Shown: one piece after another, positions 1 through 10,080 of the stretch
Position numbering within the stretch: position 1 is the stretch's first letter
Layout of the letters: each line of letters begins with the position of its first letter
DNA from: an uncultured Bacteroides sp.
GTDB taxonomy: Bacteria; Bacteroidota; Bacteroidia; Bacteroidales; Bacteroidaceae
Reading direction: 5' to 3'
Assembly (NCBI GenBank): GCA_944322355.1
Contig: CALUOT010000003.1
Coordinates: 1,549-65,548 of the forward strand
Length of the DNA stretch: 64,000 nucleotides
Translations under genes and position numbers: made by a program
Notes under the pieces: model-generated
The model's database searches: none
What the model saw: only the letters and a program-made list of their open reading frames with translations
What the model was told of the DNA's origin: nothing

Positions 1-1350
1 CTGTTGCCTTCCTTGCCCACGACTTTGCGTCAAGTTTTATTACCGAGCGTGGTGGCCGATGCGCCTCCCGCGATGCCCGAGAAACTCCCGCGCCTGGTGG
101 AACTTTTGCTGAGCCGCACGCCGGAAATTTATCAACCGGCCGTGGCCCATGCCATCTTCCCCGCATTGGGTGCTCATCTGTGCGGCGTGACATTCCGATA
201 TATTGACAATACAGACCACGAAGCCACGCTGATGAACGTGCTGATGGCGCCTACGGGAGCCGGAAAGAGTTGCGTCAATCCCGTGATAGACGCCATTATG
301 GCCGACATCCGGGCGCGCGACAACGCGAATCTGGCTCGGGAGCGGGCTTGGAAGAATCAGGTGAACTCCCGCGGAGCGAACCAAACCCGTCCGGAGTGTC
401 CCCAATGACTTGTTATTCAGGAGGTTGACCCGGATATGACTAATGCCGCCTTTGTACAACGTCTGGCCGAGGCCGAAGGGCATTTCCTTTATGCTAAGAT
501 GAATGAAATCAACCAGTTTGACTCGCTCAAAGGGAATGGACGGGGGGATACACACTTCCAGATTATGTGCCTGGCTTTTGACTTCGGGAATCGCTACGGC
601 CAGACCCGCGTCGGCACGCAGAGCGTTTCCGAAAAGGTGACAATCCGTTTCAACTGGAACGCTTCAACGACCGTCAAAAAGGGAAAAAATTACTTTAGAA
701 AAGTCCTGACAGATGGGCCCATATCGCGCATTAATTTCTGTAGCATTCCCGAGCAACCGATTGGTAGTCCCATGCCCGTTTTTGGCACCTACGATGACGC
801 ATTCGACGAAGCTTTACGACCTTATCTCGAACGCCTGACCCGGGCACGGGGGCCGGTCGATTGTCCCGAAGCCTTTGACTTGGCTTTACGCCTCCGCGAA
901 AAATGTGCCGAACATGCCCGCTTGACGCAGAGCCGGGTGTATGAAAACTTTACCTTCCGGGCCAACGTGATTGCCTACCTGAAGGCTTGTACCCTCTACA
1001 TAGCCAGCGGTTGCGCGTGGGAGCCCGAGATGGAGGATTTTATCCGCTGGAGCTTGGAGTATGACGTCTGGTGTAAAATGTTTTTCTTCGGGAAGGACAT
1101 GGCGCGCGAGATGGACGACGACACCGTTCCTGCCCGGCACGGTCCTCAAAATCTGTTGACATTTCTTCCTGATGATTTTAGCTATCAGGATCTCGTATCC
1201 TTGCGCGCGGAGTATAGGATGAGTGCTAAAAGCACCGCTCAATTGCTCAGTCAGTGGAAAAAACGCGGACACATTCAACAATTGACAGATAAACAATATG
1301 TAAAGATAAGATACCGAAAAGATGGAAATGACATTGACCCGAACGCATAA
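1..1350 (+). pseudogene. DUF3987/VirE-like (Bacteroidales primase/helicase-associated) P-loop NTPase gene, 5' part outside window, interrupted by an in-frame TGA at 406-408
   Basis: ORFs 4..408 and 436..1350 are in the same frame, joined by TGA then CTT GTT ATT CAG GAG GTT GAC CCG GAT (LVIQEVDPD). Walker A APTGAGKS in the first part; FNWNASTT and DGPISRINF in the second resemble this Bacteroidales family. Confidence 0.7.
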
Positions 1351-1744
1351 AGCGAAGACCTTCACCGAGGGGCACTTGGAGGTGGATGGTGTAAATTTTT
1401 GCGATACCCTGGAACCCACGTGGCGCGACGTGGGCTGGGGTCGCCCCGGGCGCACGGTGCCCGGCCGGACGGCCATCCCCGACGGCCGCTATCCGATGCT
1501 GGTGACCTATAGCCCTCGGTTCGCGACATGGATCCCGTTGCTGCTCCACGTGCCCGGGTTCACCGACATCCGCATCCATGCCGGCTCCACGGTGGCGGAC
1601 ACCATGGGCGACATCCTCGTGGGCGTGCGCGTGAAACCCGGCCTCCTCTTGGACTCGCACCTGTGGCTTCATCGCCTCGTGAAGCGTTTGGCAAAGCGTC
1701 CCGAAGGCGAGGGCGTGTGGCTCACGGTGCAGCACGACTTTTAG
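1322..1744 (+). CDS. DUF5675 family protein (phage-like, possible L,D-transpeptidase-like fold)
   Basis: LTLTR...TEGHLEVDGVNFCDTLEP...TAIPDGRY...VPGFTDIRIHAG...DTMGDILVG matches the DUF5675 pattern; overlaps the upstream gene by 29 nt. Confidence 0.8.
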   Translation: MEMTLTRTHKAKTFTEGHLEVDGVNFCDTLEPTWRDVGWGRPGRTVPGRTAIPDGRYPMLVTYSPRFATWIPLLLHVPGFTDIRIHAGSTVADTMGDILVGVRVKPGLLLDSHLWLHRLVKRLAKRPEGEGVWLTVQHDF

Positions 1745-2469
1745 TTGACGTACACCGTCCGGAAGTAGCGTTGGAAGAGGTCGCGGGCTTCTTCCAGCTG
1801 CTCGGGGGTGTTCAGGGGGACATCCTTCAGGGCATAGTCCCAGTGCATGGCTTCGTACTTATGGACGCCCAGCGTGTGGTAGGGTAGGATTTCCACCCGC
1901 TCCACCATGCGGTAGGCGTGGAAGTGGCGGCCCAGCGCTTCGATGTCCTCGCGCCAGTCGCTATGGCCGGGCACCAGCACGTAGCGTAGCCAGAAGGGGC
2001 GTTCGTGCTCTTCCAGCCATCGGGCGGTGAGTAGCGTCTGCGCGTTGCTTCGGCCGGTGAGCTTCCGGTGACGTTCGTCGTTGAATTCTTTCACATCCAG
2101 CAGCACCAGGTCGGTCAGCTTCAGGAGTTCTTCCACCTCTTCGTTCCACAAACCTCCGTTGGTGTCCAGGCAGATGTGTATGCCCGCCTGGCGGAGCATC
2201 CGGCACAGGGGAATCAGTTCGCGGGCTTGCAACGTAGGTTCGCCTCCGCTGAAGGTCACGCCGCCTTTCCGTCCGAAGAAGGGCTTCTGGCTGGTGGCCA
2301 TGCGCAGGATTTCGTCGGGTGCCGTCGCGCGGCTTTCTCCCCGGGGGTCGATGGTGTCGGGGTTGGCACAATAGAGGCAACGGAACTGGCATCCTTGCAG
2401 GAATACCACCAAGCGGATGCCAGGTCCGTCGTATGTGCCCAATGATTCGTAGGAATGTACACGAAGCAT
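1741..2469 (-). CDS. pflA: Pyruvate formate-lyase activating enzyme (radical SAM)
   Basis: DGPGIRLVVFLQGCQFRCLYCANPDT (CxxxCxxC), GVTFSGGEP; adjacent to pflB. Confidence 0.97.
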   Translation of the reverse strand: MLRVHSYESLGTYDGPGIRLVVFLQGCQFRCLYCANPDTIDPRGESRATAPDEILRMATSQKPFFGRKGGVTFSGGEPTLQARELIPLCRMLRQAGIHICLDTNGGLWNEEVEELLKLTDLVLLDVKEFNDERHRKLTGRSNAQTLLTARWLEEHERPFWLRYVLVPGHSDWREDIEALGRHFHAYRMVERVEILPYHTLGVHKYEAMHWDYALKDVPLNTPEQLEEARDLFQRYFRTVYVN

Positions 2470-2481
2470 GTTCAGGCTGTT

Positions 2482-4704
2482 TTACATGCGTTCGTGGAAA
2501 CTACGCGAGATGACTTCCAGCTGATGTTCGCGGCTCAGCTTGATGAAGTTGACCGCATAGCCCGATACGCGGATGGTGAGTTGCGGGTATTTTTCAGGAT
2601 GCTCCATCGCGTCTTCCAGCATTTCACGGTTCAGCACGTTGACGTTCAGGTGATGAGCCCCCTTCACGAAGTAGCCGTCGGTCATGGTGACGAGGTTTTC
2701 GATGCGGTTTTCCCTATCTACGCCCAGCGACTTGGGTACGATGGAGAACGTATTGCTGATGCCGTCTTGCGAATCGCGATAGCGCAACTTGGCCACGGAA
2801 CTGAGTGAGGCGATGGCGCCGTTCTTGTCGCGTCCGTGCATGGGGTTGGCTCCCGGCGCGAAGGCTACGCCCTTGGCACGCCCGTCGGGGGTGGCGCCCG
2901 TCTTCTTGCCATACATCACGTTGGACGTAATGGTGAGGATGGAGAGCGTCGGCTTGGCATTTTTGTAGACGGGCAGCTTCTTCAGCTCTTCGTCAAAGTA
3001 GTAAATCAGGTCGACGGCCAGGTGGTCGACGCGGTCGTCGTCATTGCCGAAGCAAGGATATTCGCCTTCGATGTCGAAGCTTTCCGTCAGACCGATGTCA
3101 TTGCGTCGGGCGGTTACCCGGGCATACTTGATGGCCGACAGGGAGTCGATGGCGATGGACATGCCTGCCACGCCATAAGCCAGGTTGATGACCGGATCGG
3201 TGTCGATGAAGGCCATCTGCGCTTTCTCGTAGTAATACTTGTCGTGCATGTAGTGGATGATGTTCATCGCTTCGTTGTAGACGCGTGCCATCTCCTTGAG
3301 TACCTTCTTATAGTTGGCCAGCACTTCTTCGAAGTTCAGCACGTCGCCCGTCAGCACGGGGATGCCCTTCACCATCAGTGTGCCGGTATTTTCGCAACGT
3401 CCGCCGTTGATGGCCAGCAACAGAGCCTTGGCCAGGTTACACCGGGCACCGAAGAATTGGATATGACGGCCGATGTCCTGATAGGATACGCAGCAGGCGA
3501 TGCCATAGTCGTCCGAGCCACGTACTTCGCGCATCAGGTCGTCGTTTTCATACTGGATGGACGAGGTGTCGATGGAGACTTGTGCGCAGAAATTCTTGAA
3601 GCCTTCGGGCAGTTGAGGGCTCCACAACACGGTCAGGTTAGGTTCGGGCGATGGGCCTAAGTTATAGAGCGTTTGCAGGAAGCGGAAGGATGTCTTGGTC
3701 ACCTTCGTATGCCCGTCGTTGAATCGTCCGCCCAGTGCCTCGGTCACCCACGTCGGGTCACCTGCAAAGATGTCGGTATAGGCCTGCATGCGCAAGTGGC
3801 GCACCATGCGCAGCTTGATGACGAATTGGTCGATGAGCTCCTGTGCATGCGCTTCGTCCAACTTGCCTTGTGCCAGGTCATATTCGATGTAGATGTCGAG
3901 GAAGGAAGACACGTTGCCCAGCGACATGGCCGCTCCGTCTTGCTCTTTGACCGCCGCCAGATAGGCCATATAAACCCATTGCACGGCTTCTTGGGCCGAT
4001 TCGGCCGGCCGGCTGAGGTCTAAGCCATATTGTTCGCCCAGGGTTTTGATTTCTTTCAATGCCTTAATCTGTTCGGCCACTTCCTCACGCAGGCGGATGC
4101 GGGCGTCGGTCATAGGCCCGGTCAGGTTGCGCAAGTCATTTTGCTTGGCTTCTATCAGTCGGTCGATGCCATACAGGGCCAGACGCCGGTAGTCGCCGAT
4201 GATGCGTCCGCGTGCATAGTTGTCGGGCAATCCGGTGAGGAATCCCAACGAGCGGAAGGAACGGATCTCATCCGTATACGCATCGAACACACCATCGTTG
4301 TGCGTCTTACGGTAATGAGTGAAGATGTCTTTCACTTTCGGGTCAACTTCCATCCCGTTTTCGCGGCAGGCTTTCTCTACCACTTTGATGCCTCCGTACG
4401 GCTTGATGGCCCGACGCAACACTTCGTCGGTTTGCAAGCCCACAATCACTTCGTTTTCCCGGTCGATATATCCCGGAGCGAAGGAGGTGATGGTAGATAC
4501 CGTGGAAGGATCGAGCGAGCGCACACCGCCATTAGCCCGTTCTTCGGCCAAGGCTTCCAAGCACTTGCCCCACACGGCTTTGGTACGTTCGGTCGGCCCG
4601 GTCAGAAATGAGGCGTCGCCTTCGTAAGGAGTAATGTTTGTCTTTACGAAATCGGTCACGTTGATTTCATGGTTCCAACGACCTTCTTTGAAATTCATTG
4701 CCAT
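2482..4704 (-). CDS. pflB: Formate C-acetyltransferase (pyruvate formate-lyase)
   Basis: GIACCVS catalytic Cys pair and [10 protein letters not shown] glycyl radical motif; start taken at ATG 4704 (4698 also possible) rather than 4740. Confidence 0.97.
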   Translation of the reverse strand: MAMNFKEGRWNHEINVTDFVKTNITPYEGDASFLTGPTERTKAVWGKCLEALAEERANGGVRSLDPSTVSTITSFAPGYIDRENEVIVGLQTDEVLRRAIKPYGGIKVVEKACRENGMEVDPKVKDIFTHYRKTHNDGVFDAYTDEIRSFRSLGFLTGLPDNYARGRIIGDYRRLALYGIDRLIEAKQNDLRNLTGPMTDARIRLREEVAEQIKALKEIKTLGEQYGLDLSRPAESAQEAVQWVYMAYLAAVKEQDGAAMSLGNVSSFLDIYIEYDLAQGKLDEAHAQELIDQFVIKLRMVRHLRMQAYTDIFAGDPTWVTEALGGRFNDGHTKVTKTSFRFLQTLYNLGPSPEPNLTVLWSPQLPEGFKNFCAQVSIDTSSIQYENDDLMREVRGSDDYGIACCVSYQDIGRHIQFFGARCNLAKALLLAINGGRCENTGTLMVKGIPVLTGDVLNFEEVLANYKKVLKEMARVYNEAMNIIHYMHDKYYYEKAQMAFIDTDPVINLAYGVAGMSIAIDSLSAIKYARVTARRNDIGLTESFDIEGEYPCFGNDDDRVDHLAVDLIYYFDEELKKLPVYKNAKPTLSILTITSNVMYGKKTGATPDGRAKGVAFAPGANPMHGRDKNGAIASLSSVAKLRYRDSQDGISNTFSIVPKSLGVDRENRIENLVTMTDGYFVKGAHHLNVNVLNREMLEDAMEHPEKYPQLTIRVSGYAVNFIKLSREHQLEVISRSFHERM

Positions 4705-4757
4705 AAGATAAAAATGGTTTTTAATGTAGTTTTTATACAAAATTTAATTTGGGGCGG

Positions 4758-4765
4758 CAAAGGTA
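4758..4765 (-). promoter_or_regulatory. Bacteroidetes sigma70 -7 element (TACCTTTG) for pflB-pflA
   Basis: CAAAGGTA on + strand about 55 nt upstream of the pflB start. Confidence 0.7.
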
Positions 4766-4827
4766 CGCCTTTTATGGGAATCGTGCAATACCTACCAAGA
4801 AGGAGGATGAAAATTGTGGTTTGAAAG

Positions 4828-4859
4828 TTTGGAACTTTCTTCAATTTCCCGTACCTTTG
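4828..4859 (+). promoter_or_regulatory. Full Bacteroidetes promoter TTTG-N20-TACCTTTG driving the structured leader and orphan ORF
   Basis: TTTG 4828-4831, TACCTTTG 4852-4859; 20-nt spacer fits the consensus. Confidence 0.75.
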
Positions 4860-4862
4860 TTG

Positions 4863-5256
4863 CGCCCATTCAGCCTTGTGGAGGGTTGACGGGGCGACAT
4901 TACAATAGAAAGACGTTTTTCGTGCGTTTGTCTTCTATCTCTTGAATTCTCGCAAAGTTCAAAACCAAAGGAAGATTAAGGCAACAAAGGCGTCTGCGTG
5001 GTATGACTATATACGTACGTCGGAAGAAGATGGTCATGTTTGGGCATGTCCAGTCTTTCGGCAGGTTATATATCATACAGGCGTGGGCTGACTGGCGTTG
5101 CTTATCCTTTTGGTTGGGCAATGCGAGAAGCCTGAGAGGTGGGATAAGCAAGAAAGCAGATTCCCTCGCCTTTTTTTGTAATGATTCATAGCCAAAAGTC
5201 TGTTTAGCCAATCGGGGAATCTGTGGCGCCTATTCGGCAAGTGAATAAGTTGCCGA
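4863..5256 (+). ncRNA. Candidate structured RNA / long regulatory 5' leader
   Basis: Nested complementary segments 4947-4954/5122-5129, 4963-4972/5105-5115, 4977-4985/5097-5104, 5001-5013/5067-5078, 5021-5027/5054-5060; alternative helix 5098-5107/5142-5151; hairpins 4863-4896, 5157-5165/5215-5223, 5234-5256; T7 run 5171-5177. Confidence 0.55.
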
Positions 5257-5269
5257 CCAAAAGCCAGTT

Positions 5270-5683
5270 ATGAAAAAGATTTTATCTACCATCTTCCTAT
5301 ACATCCCGGTAAATCGGCCATTGAACGATGAGGATGCCGAAATTCAATATGCCTGTTTCGATGAAGGTGGTGTTTGGTTACGGAGTCAGTATGCGCCTAC
5401 CGTGCTTCACGCTTCCGATGCTCGGTGTCATCCGATAGACGAATGCTTGCAATCGTTTGAACGACAAAAGGATAAATGGAAGTGGTGTCCTTTGGATGTC
5501 CGCCAGTCGAGTGTTGCGTACGATGCGTATTCGTATGGAGATTTTGGTTTTGTCCTTTTCTCCAAGAATCGGCTCGAACGGATTGACTTCTATGTAGGCC
5601 ACGGATGGGAAGCCCGGGAGTGTTATCGCCGGATGGGTCGTGATGAATTAATGGCCTTGATCAATCCATATTGCTCCTTGTGA
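5270..5683 (+). CDS. Hypothetical protein, 137 aa
   Basis: ATG start, plausible composition, fills the gap between the leader and the glnA promoter; no motif recognised. Confidence 0.7.
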   Translation: MKKILSTIFLYIPVNRPLNDEDAEIQYACFDEGGVWLRSQYAPTVLHASDARCHPIDECLQSFERQKDKWKWCPLDVRQSSVAYDAYSYGDFGFVLFSKNRLERIDFYVGHGWEARECYRRMGRDELMALINPYCSL

Positions 5684-5722
5684 TTTTTCCCCCAACATAC
5701 TGCGTTTTCCATCAAAAACGTG

Positions 5723-5730
5723 TATTTTTG
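5723..5730 (+). promoter_or_regulatory. -7 element (TATTTTTG) for glnA
   Basis: TAnnTTTG 30 nt before ATG 5761. Confidence 0.6.
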
Positions 5731-5760
5731 CAGCCGAATTTTACAAACGAAGAGTCTGAT

Positions 5761-7950
5761 ATGTCAAAAATGCGTTTTTTTGCTTTGCAGGAACTGGCCA
5801 ACCGCAAGCCGTTGGAAGTGGTTCCCCCCTCGGAAAAGTTGTCTGACTATTATGGAAGTCATGTGTTCGACCATAAGAAGATGCAGGAATATCTGCCCAA
5901 AGAGGCTTATAAGGCCGTGACGGATGCCATTGAGAAGGGTACTCCCATCAATCGCGAGATGGCCGACTTGATAGCCAACGGCATGAAGAGTTGGGCCAAG
6001 TCAATGGGTGTCACTCATTACACCCACTGGTTTCAACCGCTTACTGATGGTACGGCCGAGAAGCACGATGGCTTCATTGATTTCAGCGAGGATGGCGATG
6101 TTATTGAACGCTTTTCGGGCAAATTGCTCATCCAGCAGGAGCCGGACGCTTCTTCTTTCCCCAACGGAGGTATCCGCAATACATTCGAAGCGCGTGGTTA
6201 TACGGCTTGGGATGTATCTTCCCCAGCCTTTGTGGTAGATACGACTTTGTGTATCCCGACTATCTTCATTGCTTATACCGGCGAGGCGTTGGACTATAAG
6301 ACCCCCTTGCTGAAAGCCTTGAACGCCGTGGACAAGGCCGCTACGGAAGTTTGCCAATTATTTGATAAACACGTCAGCCGCGTGTATGCCAACTTGGGAT
6401 GGGAGCAAGAATACTTCCTCGTCGACCTTGCCCTTTACAATGCCCGTCCGGACCTCTGTCTGACCGGGCGTACGCTCATGGGACATTCTTCGGCTAAGGA
6501 TCAGCAATTGGAAGACCATTACTTTGCTTCCATACCGCCGCGTGTCACCGCCTTTATGAAAGAATTGGAGATAGAATGTCATAAGCTGGGCATTCCCGTT
6601 AAGACACGTCACAACGAAGTAGCCCCCAATCAATTCGAGTTGGCTCCCATCTTCGAGAATGTCAACCTGGCCAACGACCATAACCAGTTGGTAATGGACT
6701 TGATGAAGCGCATCGCCACCAAGCATAACTTTGCCGTCCTGTTGCATGAAAAGCCCTATAACGGGGTGAACGGAAGCGGCAAGCATAACAACTGGTCACT
6801 CTGCACCGACACGGGCATCAACCTCTTCAGTCCTGGAAGCAACCCTAAAACCAATATGCTTTTCCTCACTTTCCTGGTCAATGTATTGATGATGGTGTAC
6901 AAGAACCAGGATTTGTTGCGGGCTTCCATAGCCAGTGCCGGCAATAGCTATCGTTTGGGAGCTAATGAGGCACCTCCTGCTATCTTGTCTATCTTCTTGG
7001 GTAGACAACTTTCGGCTATCCTTGACGAAATAGCCCAACAAGCAAGCGGCAACTCGATGACCACCGAAGGAAAGACGACATTGAAGCTGGGCATCGGACG
7101 TATCCCTGAAATCTTGTTGGACACGACCGACCGTAACCGTACTTCTCCCTTTGCATTCACGGGCAATCGCTTTGAATTTCGTGCGGCGGGTTCGTCGTCC
7201 AATTGTGCGGCGGCTATGATTGCCATCAATGCGGCCATGGCCAACCAGTTGAACGAATTCAAGGCCTCGGTCGATAAGGCGATGGAAGACGGAACCGGCA
7301 AGGATGAGGCTATTTTCCGCACATTGAAAGAGATGATACTGACTTCTACTCCCATTCGTTTTGAAGGCGACGGCTACTCGGAAGAGTGGAAGCAGGAAGC
7401 CGCCCGCCGGGGATTGACCAACATCTGCCACGTGCCGGAAGCGTTGATGCACTATGTGGACAACCAGTCGCGTGCGGTCTTCATCGGCGAACGTATCTTC
7501 AACGAGACAGAGCTGAATAGCCGCCTTGAGGTAGAATTGGAGAAGTTCACCATGAAAGTGCAGATCGAAAGTCGGGTGTTGGGCGACTTGGCCATCAACC
7601 ACATTGTGCCTACGGCCGTCAGCTACCAGAATCGTTTGTTGGAGAATCTTCGTGGACTTCGGGAAACATTCACGCCGGAGGAATATGAGGAGCTCAGCGC
7701 TGACCGTAAAGACTTGATTCGTGAAATATCCCACCGGGTGACGGCCATTAAGATGCAAGTGCGCGAAATGATTGAAGCCCGCAAGGTGGCTAATCACTTG
7801 GATAATTATAAAGACCGGGCTTTCGCTTATGAAGAAACGGTACGTCCGTACTTAGAGAGCATACGCGACCACATCGACCATCTGGAGATGGAAGTGGACG
7901 ATGAGATATGGCCGTTGCCCAAGTATCGCGAACTGTTGTTTACCAAGTAA
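5761..7950 (+). CDS. glnA: Glutamine synthetase type III
   Basis: THYTHWFQPLT, EPDASSFPNGG, HNEVAPNQFE, NGSGKHNNWS, DRNRTSPFAFTGNRFEFR; start MSKMRFF at 5761. Confidence 0.96.
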   Translation: MSKMRFFALQELANRKPLEVVPPSEKLSDYYGSHVFDHKKMQEYLPKEAYKAVTDAIEKGTPINREMADLIANGMKSWAKSMGVTHYTHWFQPLTDGTAEKHDGFIDFSEDGDVIERFSGKLLIQQEPDASSFPNGGIRNTFEARGYTAWDVSSPAFVVDTTLCIPTIFIAYTGEALDYKTPLLKALNAVDKAATEVCQLFDKHVSRVYANLGWEQEYFLVDLALYNARPDLCLTGRTLMGHSSAKDQQLEDHYFASIPPRVTAFMKELEIECHKLGIPVKTRHNEVAPNQFELAPIFENVNLANDHNQLVMDLMKRIATKHNFAVLLHEKPYNGVNGSGKHNNWSLCTDTGINLFSPGSNPKTNMLFLTFLVNVLMMVYKNQDLLRASIASAGNSYRLGANEAPPAILSIFLGRQLSAILDEIAQQASGNSMTTEGKTTLKLGIGRIPEILLDTTDRNRTSPFAFTGNRFEFRAAGSSSNCAAAMIAINAAMANQLNEFKASVDKAMEDGTGKDEAIFRTLKEMILTSTPIRFEGDGYSEEWKQEAARRGLTNICHVPEALMHYVDNQSRAVFIGERIFNETELNSRLEVELEKFTMKVQIESRVLGDLAINHIVPTAVSYQNRLLENLRGLRETFTPEEYEELSADRKDLIREISHRVTAIKMQVREMIEARKVANHLDNYKDRAFAYEETVRPYLESIRDHIDHLEMEVDDEIWPLPKYRELLFTK

Positions 7951-7971
7951 AAAGACGTGTAATCGGAAAAG

Positions 7972-8862
7972 ATGAAACACATATTTAAATTACCATCCAA
8001 GCAGGCTGCCAAGCATGAGGTGAAAGACTACGTGATGATTGCTTTGGGTATGATCCTGTACGGTATCGGATGGACCGTATTTCTGTTGCCCAATGACATT
8101 ACCACCGGTGGTGTGCCGGGTATTGCTTCTATTGTTTACTTTGCTATCGGCTTGCCGGTGCAATATGTTTATTTTTCCATTAACTTCTTGTTGTTATTGC
8201 TGGCCATACGCATATTGGGGTGGAAGTTTAGCATAAAAACGATTTTTGCCGTATTTACGCTGACTTTTTTCCTGTCACTTATTCAGCAGGTGACAAAGGA
8301 CATTACCTTGTTGCATGATCAGCCTTTCATGGCTTGTGTCATTGGAGCTTCGTTTTGCGGAAGTGGCATCGGCATTGCTTTCTCGTCCAATGGAAGTACG
8401 GGAGGCACCGATATCATTGCAGCCATCATTAATAAATACAGGGATATCACGCTTGGCAGAGTGATGCTGATATGCGACCTCATCATTATCACTTCCAGTT
8501 ACTTTGTATTAAGAGATTGGGAGAAGGTCGTATATGGCTATGTTACGCTGTATATCTGTAGTTTTGTGCTCGACCAGGTGGTGAATAGTGCCCGCCAATC
8601 GGTGCAATTCTTCATCATCAGTGATAAGTATGAAGAAATAGGCCGCCGCATCAATGTGTATCCGCATCGGGGTGTGACGGTCATCAATGCGTCCGGCTTC
8701 TACACGGGCAGGGAAATCAAGATGCTCTTTATCCTGGCCAAGAAGCGGGAGTCGGGCATCATTTTCCACCTCATCAAGGAGATTGACCCCAAGGCATTCG
8801 TATCCCAAAGTGCCGTGATCGGGGTGTATGGCGAAGGCTTTGACCGCATCAAAGGGAAGTGA
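7972..8862 (+). CDS. YitT family membrane protein
   Basis: TTGGVPGI, GSTGGTDII, RGVT and C-terminal IDPKAFVS..VYGEGF; multiple TM segments. Confidence 0.9.
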   Translation: MKHIFKLPSKQAAKHEVKDYVMIALGMILYGIGWTVFLLPNDITTGGVPGIASIVYFAIGLPVQYVYFSINFLLLLLAIRILGWKFSIKTIFAVFTLTFFLSLIQQVTKDITLLHDQPFMACVIGASFCGSGIGIAFSSNGSTGGTDIIAAIINKYRDITLGRVMLICDLIIITSSYFVLRDWEKVVYGYVTLYICSFVLDQVVNSARQSVQFFIISDKYEEIGRRINVYPHRGVTVINASGFYTGREIKMLFILAKKRESGIIFHLIKEIDPKAFVSQSAVIGVYGEGFDRIKGK

Positions 8863-9496
8863 CGGGACGATAGCCGCCATCGCGCCACACGTATTTCCGC
8901 ACAGGCCGGATGAAAGGACGTACCACTTCGGCCGTTTCCTTGTCAAGGAGGCGGGGCGTATGGAAAGTCATGGTCAGTGTATCGCTTTGGGCAGACAGCT
9001 CGGCCGAAAGGAGAGTCATGTCCATGCGTGCTAAGGCAGGCCGTATGCGGTTATCTTCCAGCGAATCGGGTATGGCCAAGAAATCCTCCTTGGAAGGTAG
9101 TTGCAAGAAAGACGCCCCATCCAACTCTTGCCACGAAGGGGTATAGAAATAGACATCGCTATCGGCCACGGGACCGTAGGCCGTAGACACGACGCAGACA
9201 ACTTTCACCGAGTCATTCAGGGGCAATAGCTTCATCTGCCATGTGCCACGCTCGGTCAGTTGTATGCGGATATAGTCGGCCGACATGGTTGTCATTTCAC
9301 TCTTACGCCCAAAGCGGTTGGTTACTTCGGCACGCATGCCACTCTCCAAGAAGTCGATGAAGTCCGCCCGATTCACTTCCGTCAACAAGGGAAGCAGGCT
9401 ATCGGGCATCGCTTTGAAACAATCTTTGGCCGCTTGCCCAAACAGAGGCAAGCCCTCCGCGAGAGCGAGGCAGAGGAAAAGTATCAGCTTTCTCAT
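8849..9496 (-). CDS. DUF3256 family exported protein
   Basis: Signal peptide; MPDSLLPLLTEVNRADFIDF and WQMKLLP typical of this Bacteroides family. Confidence 0.75.
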   Translation of the reverse strand: MRKLILFLCLALAEGLPLFGQAAKDCFKAMPDSLLPLLTEVNRADFIDFLESGMRAEVTNRFGRKSEMTTMSADYIRIQLTERGTWQMKLLPLNDSVKVVCVVSTAYGPVADSDVYFYTPSWQELDGASFLQLPSKEDFLAIPDSLEDNRIRPALARMDMTLLSAELSAQSDTLTMTFHTPRLLDKETAEVVRPFIRPVRKYVWRDGGYRPVTSL

Positions 9497-9499
9497 ACG

Positions 9500-9988
9500 T
9501 TATGCATTTAGTTTATGACGAAGCATCTGGCATACACGGGCCAATCCGTCGGCATCTACGTTGTCGAACGTATTCAGTTCGCGACTATCTACATCGAGCA
9601 CACCCCATAGTTGCCCTTGGGCATCAGTCACAGGTACGACGATTTCCGAACGCGACAGGGAACTACAGGCAATGTGCCCCGGGAACTCATTGACATCGGG
9701 CACTATCAGCGTCCGCTCTTCTTGCCAGGCGGTGCCGCAGACACCCCGTCCGCGACGGATGCGCGTGCAGGCTACCGGTCCTTGGAAAGGCCCCAGCACC
9801 AACTCGTCGCCCGCTATCCGATAGAAACCTACCCAGAAGAAGCCGAACGTGTCGTGCAAAGCGGCGGCTACATTGGCCAGGCAGGCTACCAAGTCGTCTT
9901 CTCCCTCCAAGAGAGCTTCCAGTTGGGGAAGTAGCGCGGCATAACGTTCTTCCTTCGTGCCGTTGCTGATGTACAAGTCTTCTGCCAT
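9500..9988 (-). CDS. msrC: GAF-domain free methionine-R-sulfoxide reductase
   Basis: WVGFY, LGPFQGPVAC, GRGVCG, HIAC, SEIVVP, GVLDVDS. Confidence 0.88.
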   Translation of the reverse strand: MAEDLYISNGTKEERYAALLPQLEALLEGEDDLVACLANVAAALHDTFGFFWVGFYRIAGDELVLGPFQGPVACTRIRRGRGVCGTAWQEERTLIVPDVNEFPGHIACSSLSRSEIVVPVTDAQGQLWGVLDVDSRELNTFDNVDADGLARVCQMLRHKLNA

Positions 9989-10080
9989 ACTTCGTCTTAT
10001 GGTTTATATTCAGGTTGCAAAGATGGCAAATCCCCCCGAAACACGCAAGAGCCCTGCCGGATAACCTGATAAAAAAACAA

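Noticed and set aside
406-408. Selenocysteine or alternative genetic code at the in-frame TGA
   Set aside because: No SECIS-like hairpin is evident directly downstream, the position is not a redox Cys context, and TGA ends several normal genes here.
4900-5211. ORFs 4900-5211 (-) and 5003-5191 (+) inside the structured leader
   Set aside because: No recognisable features, and the extensive pairing explains the region better. A leader-peptide role for 5003-5191 cannot be fully excluded.
4863-5256. Retron msr-msd or a known riboswitch
   Set aside because: No reverse transcriptase nearby, and I could not find TPP, cobalamin, SAM or ZTP (pfl) consensus elements; the RNA is also transcribed away from pflB.
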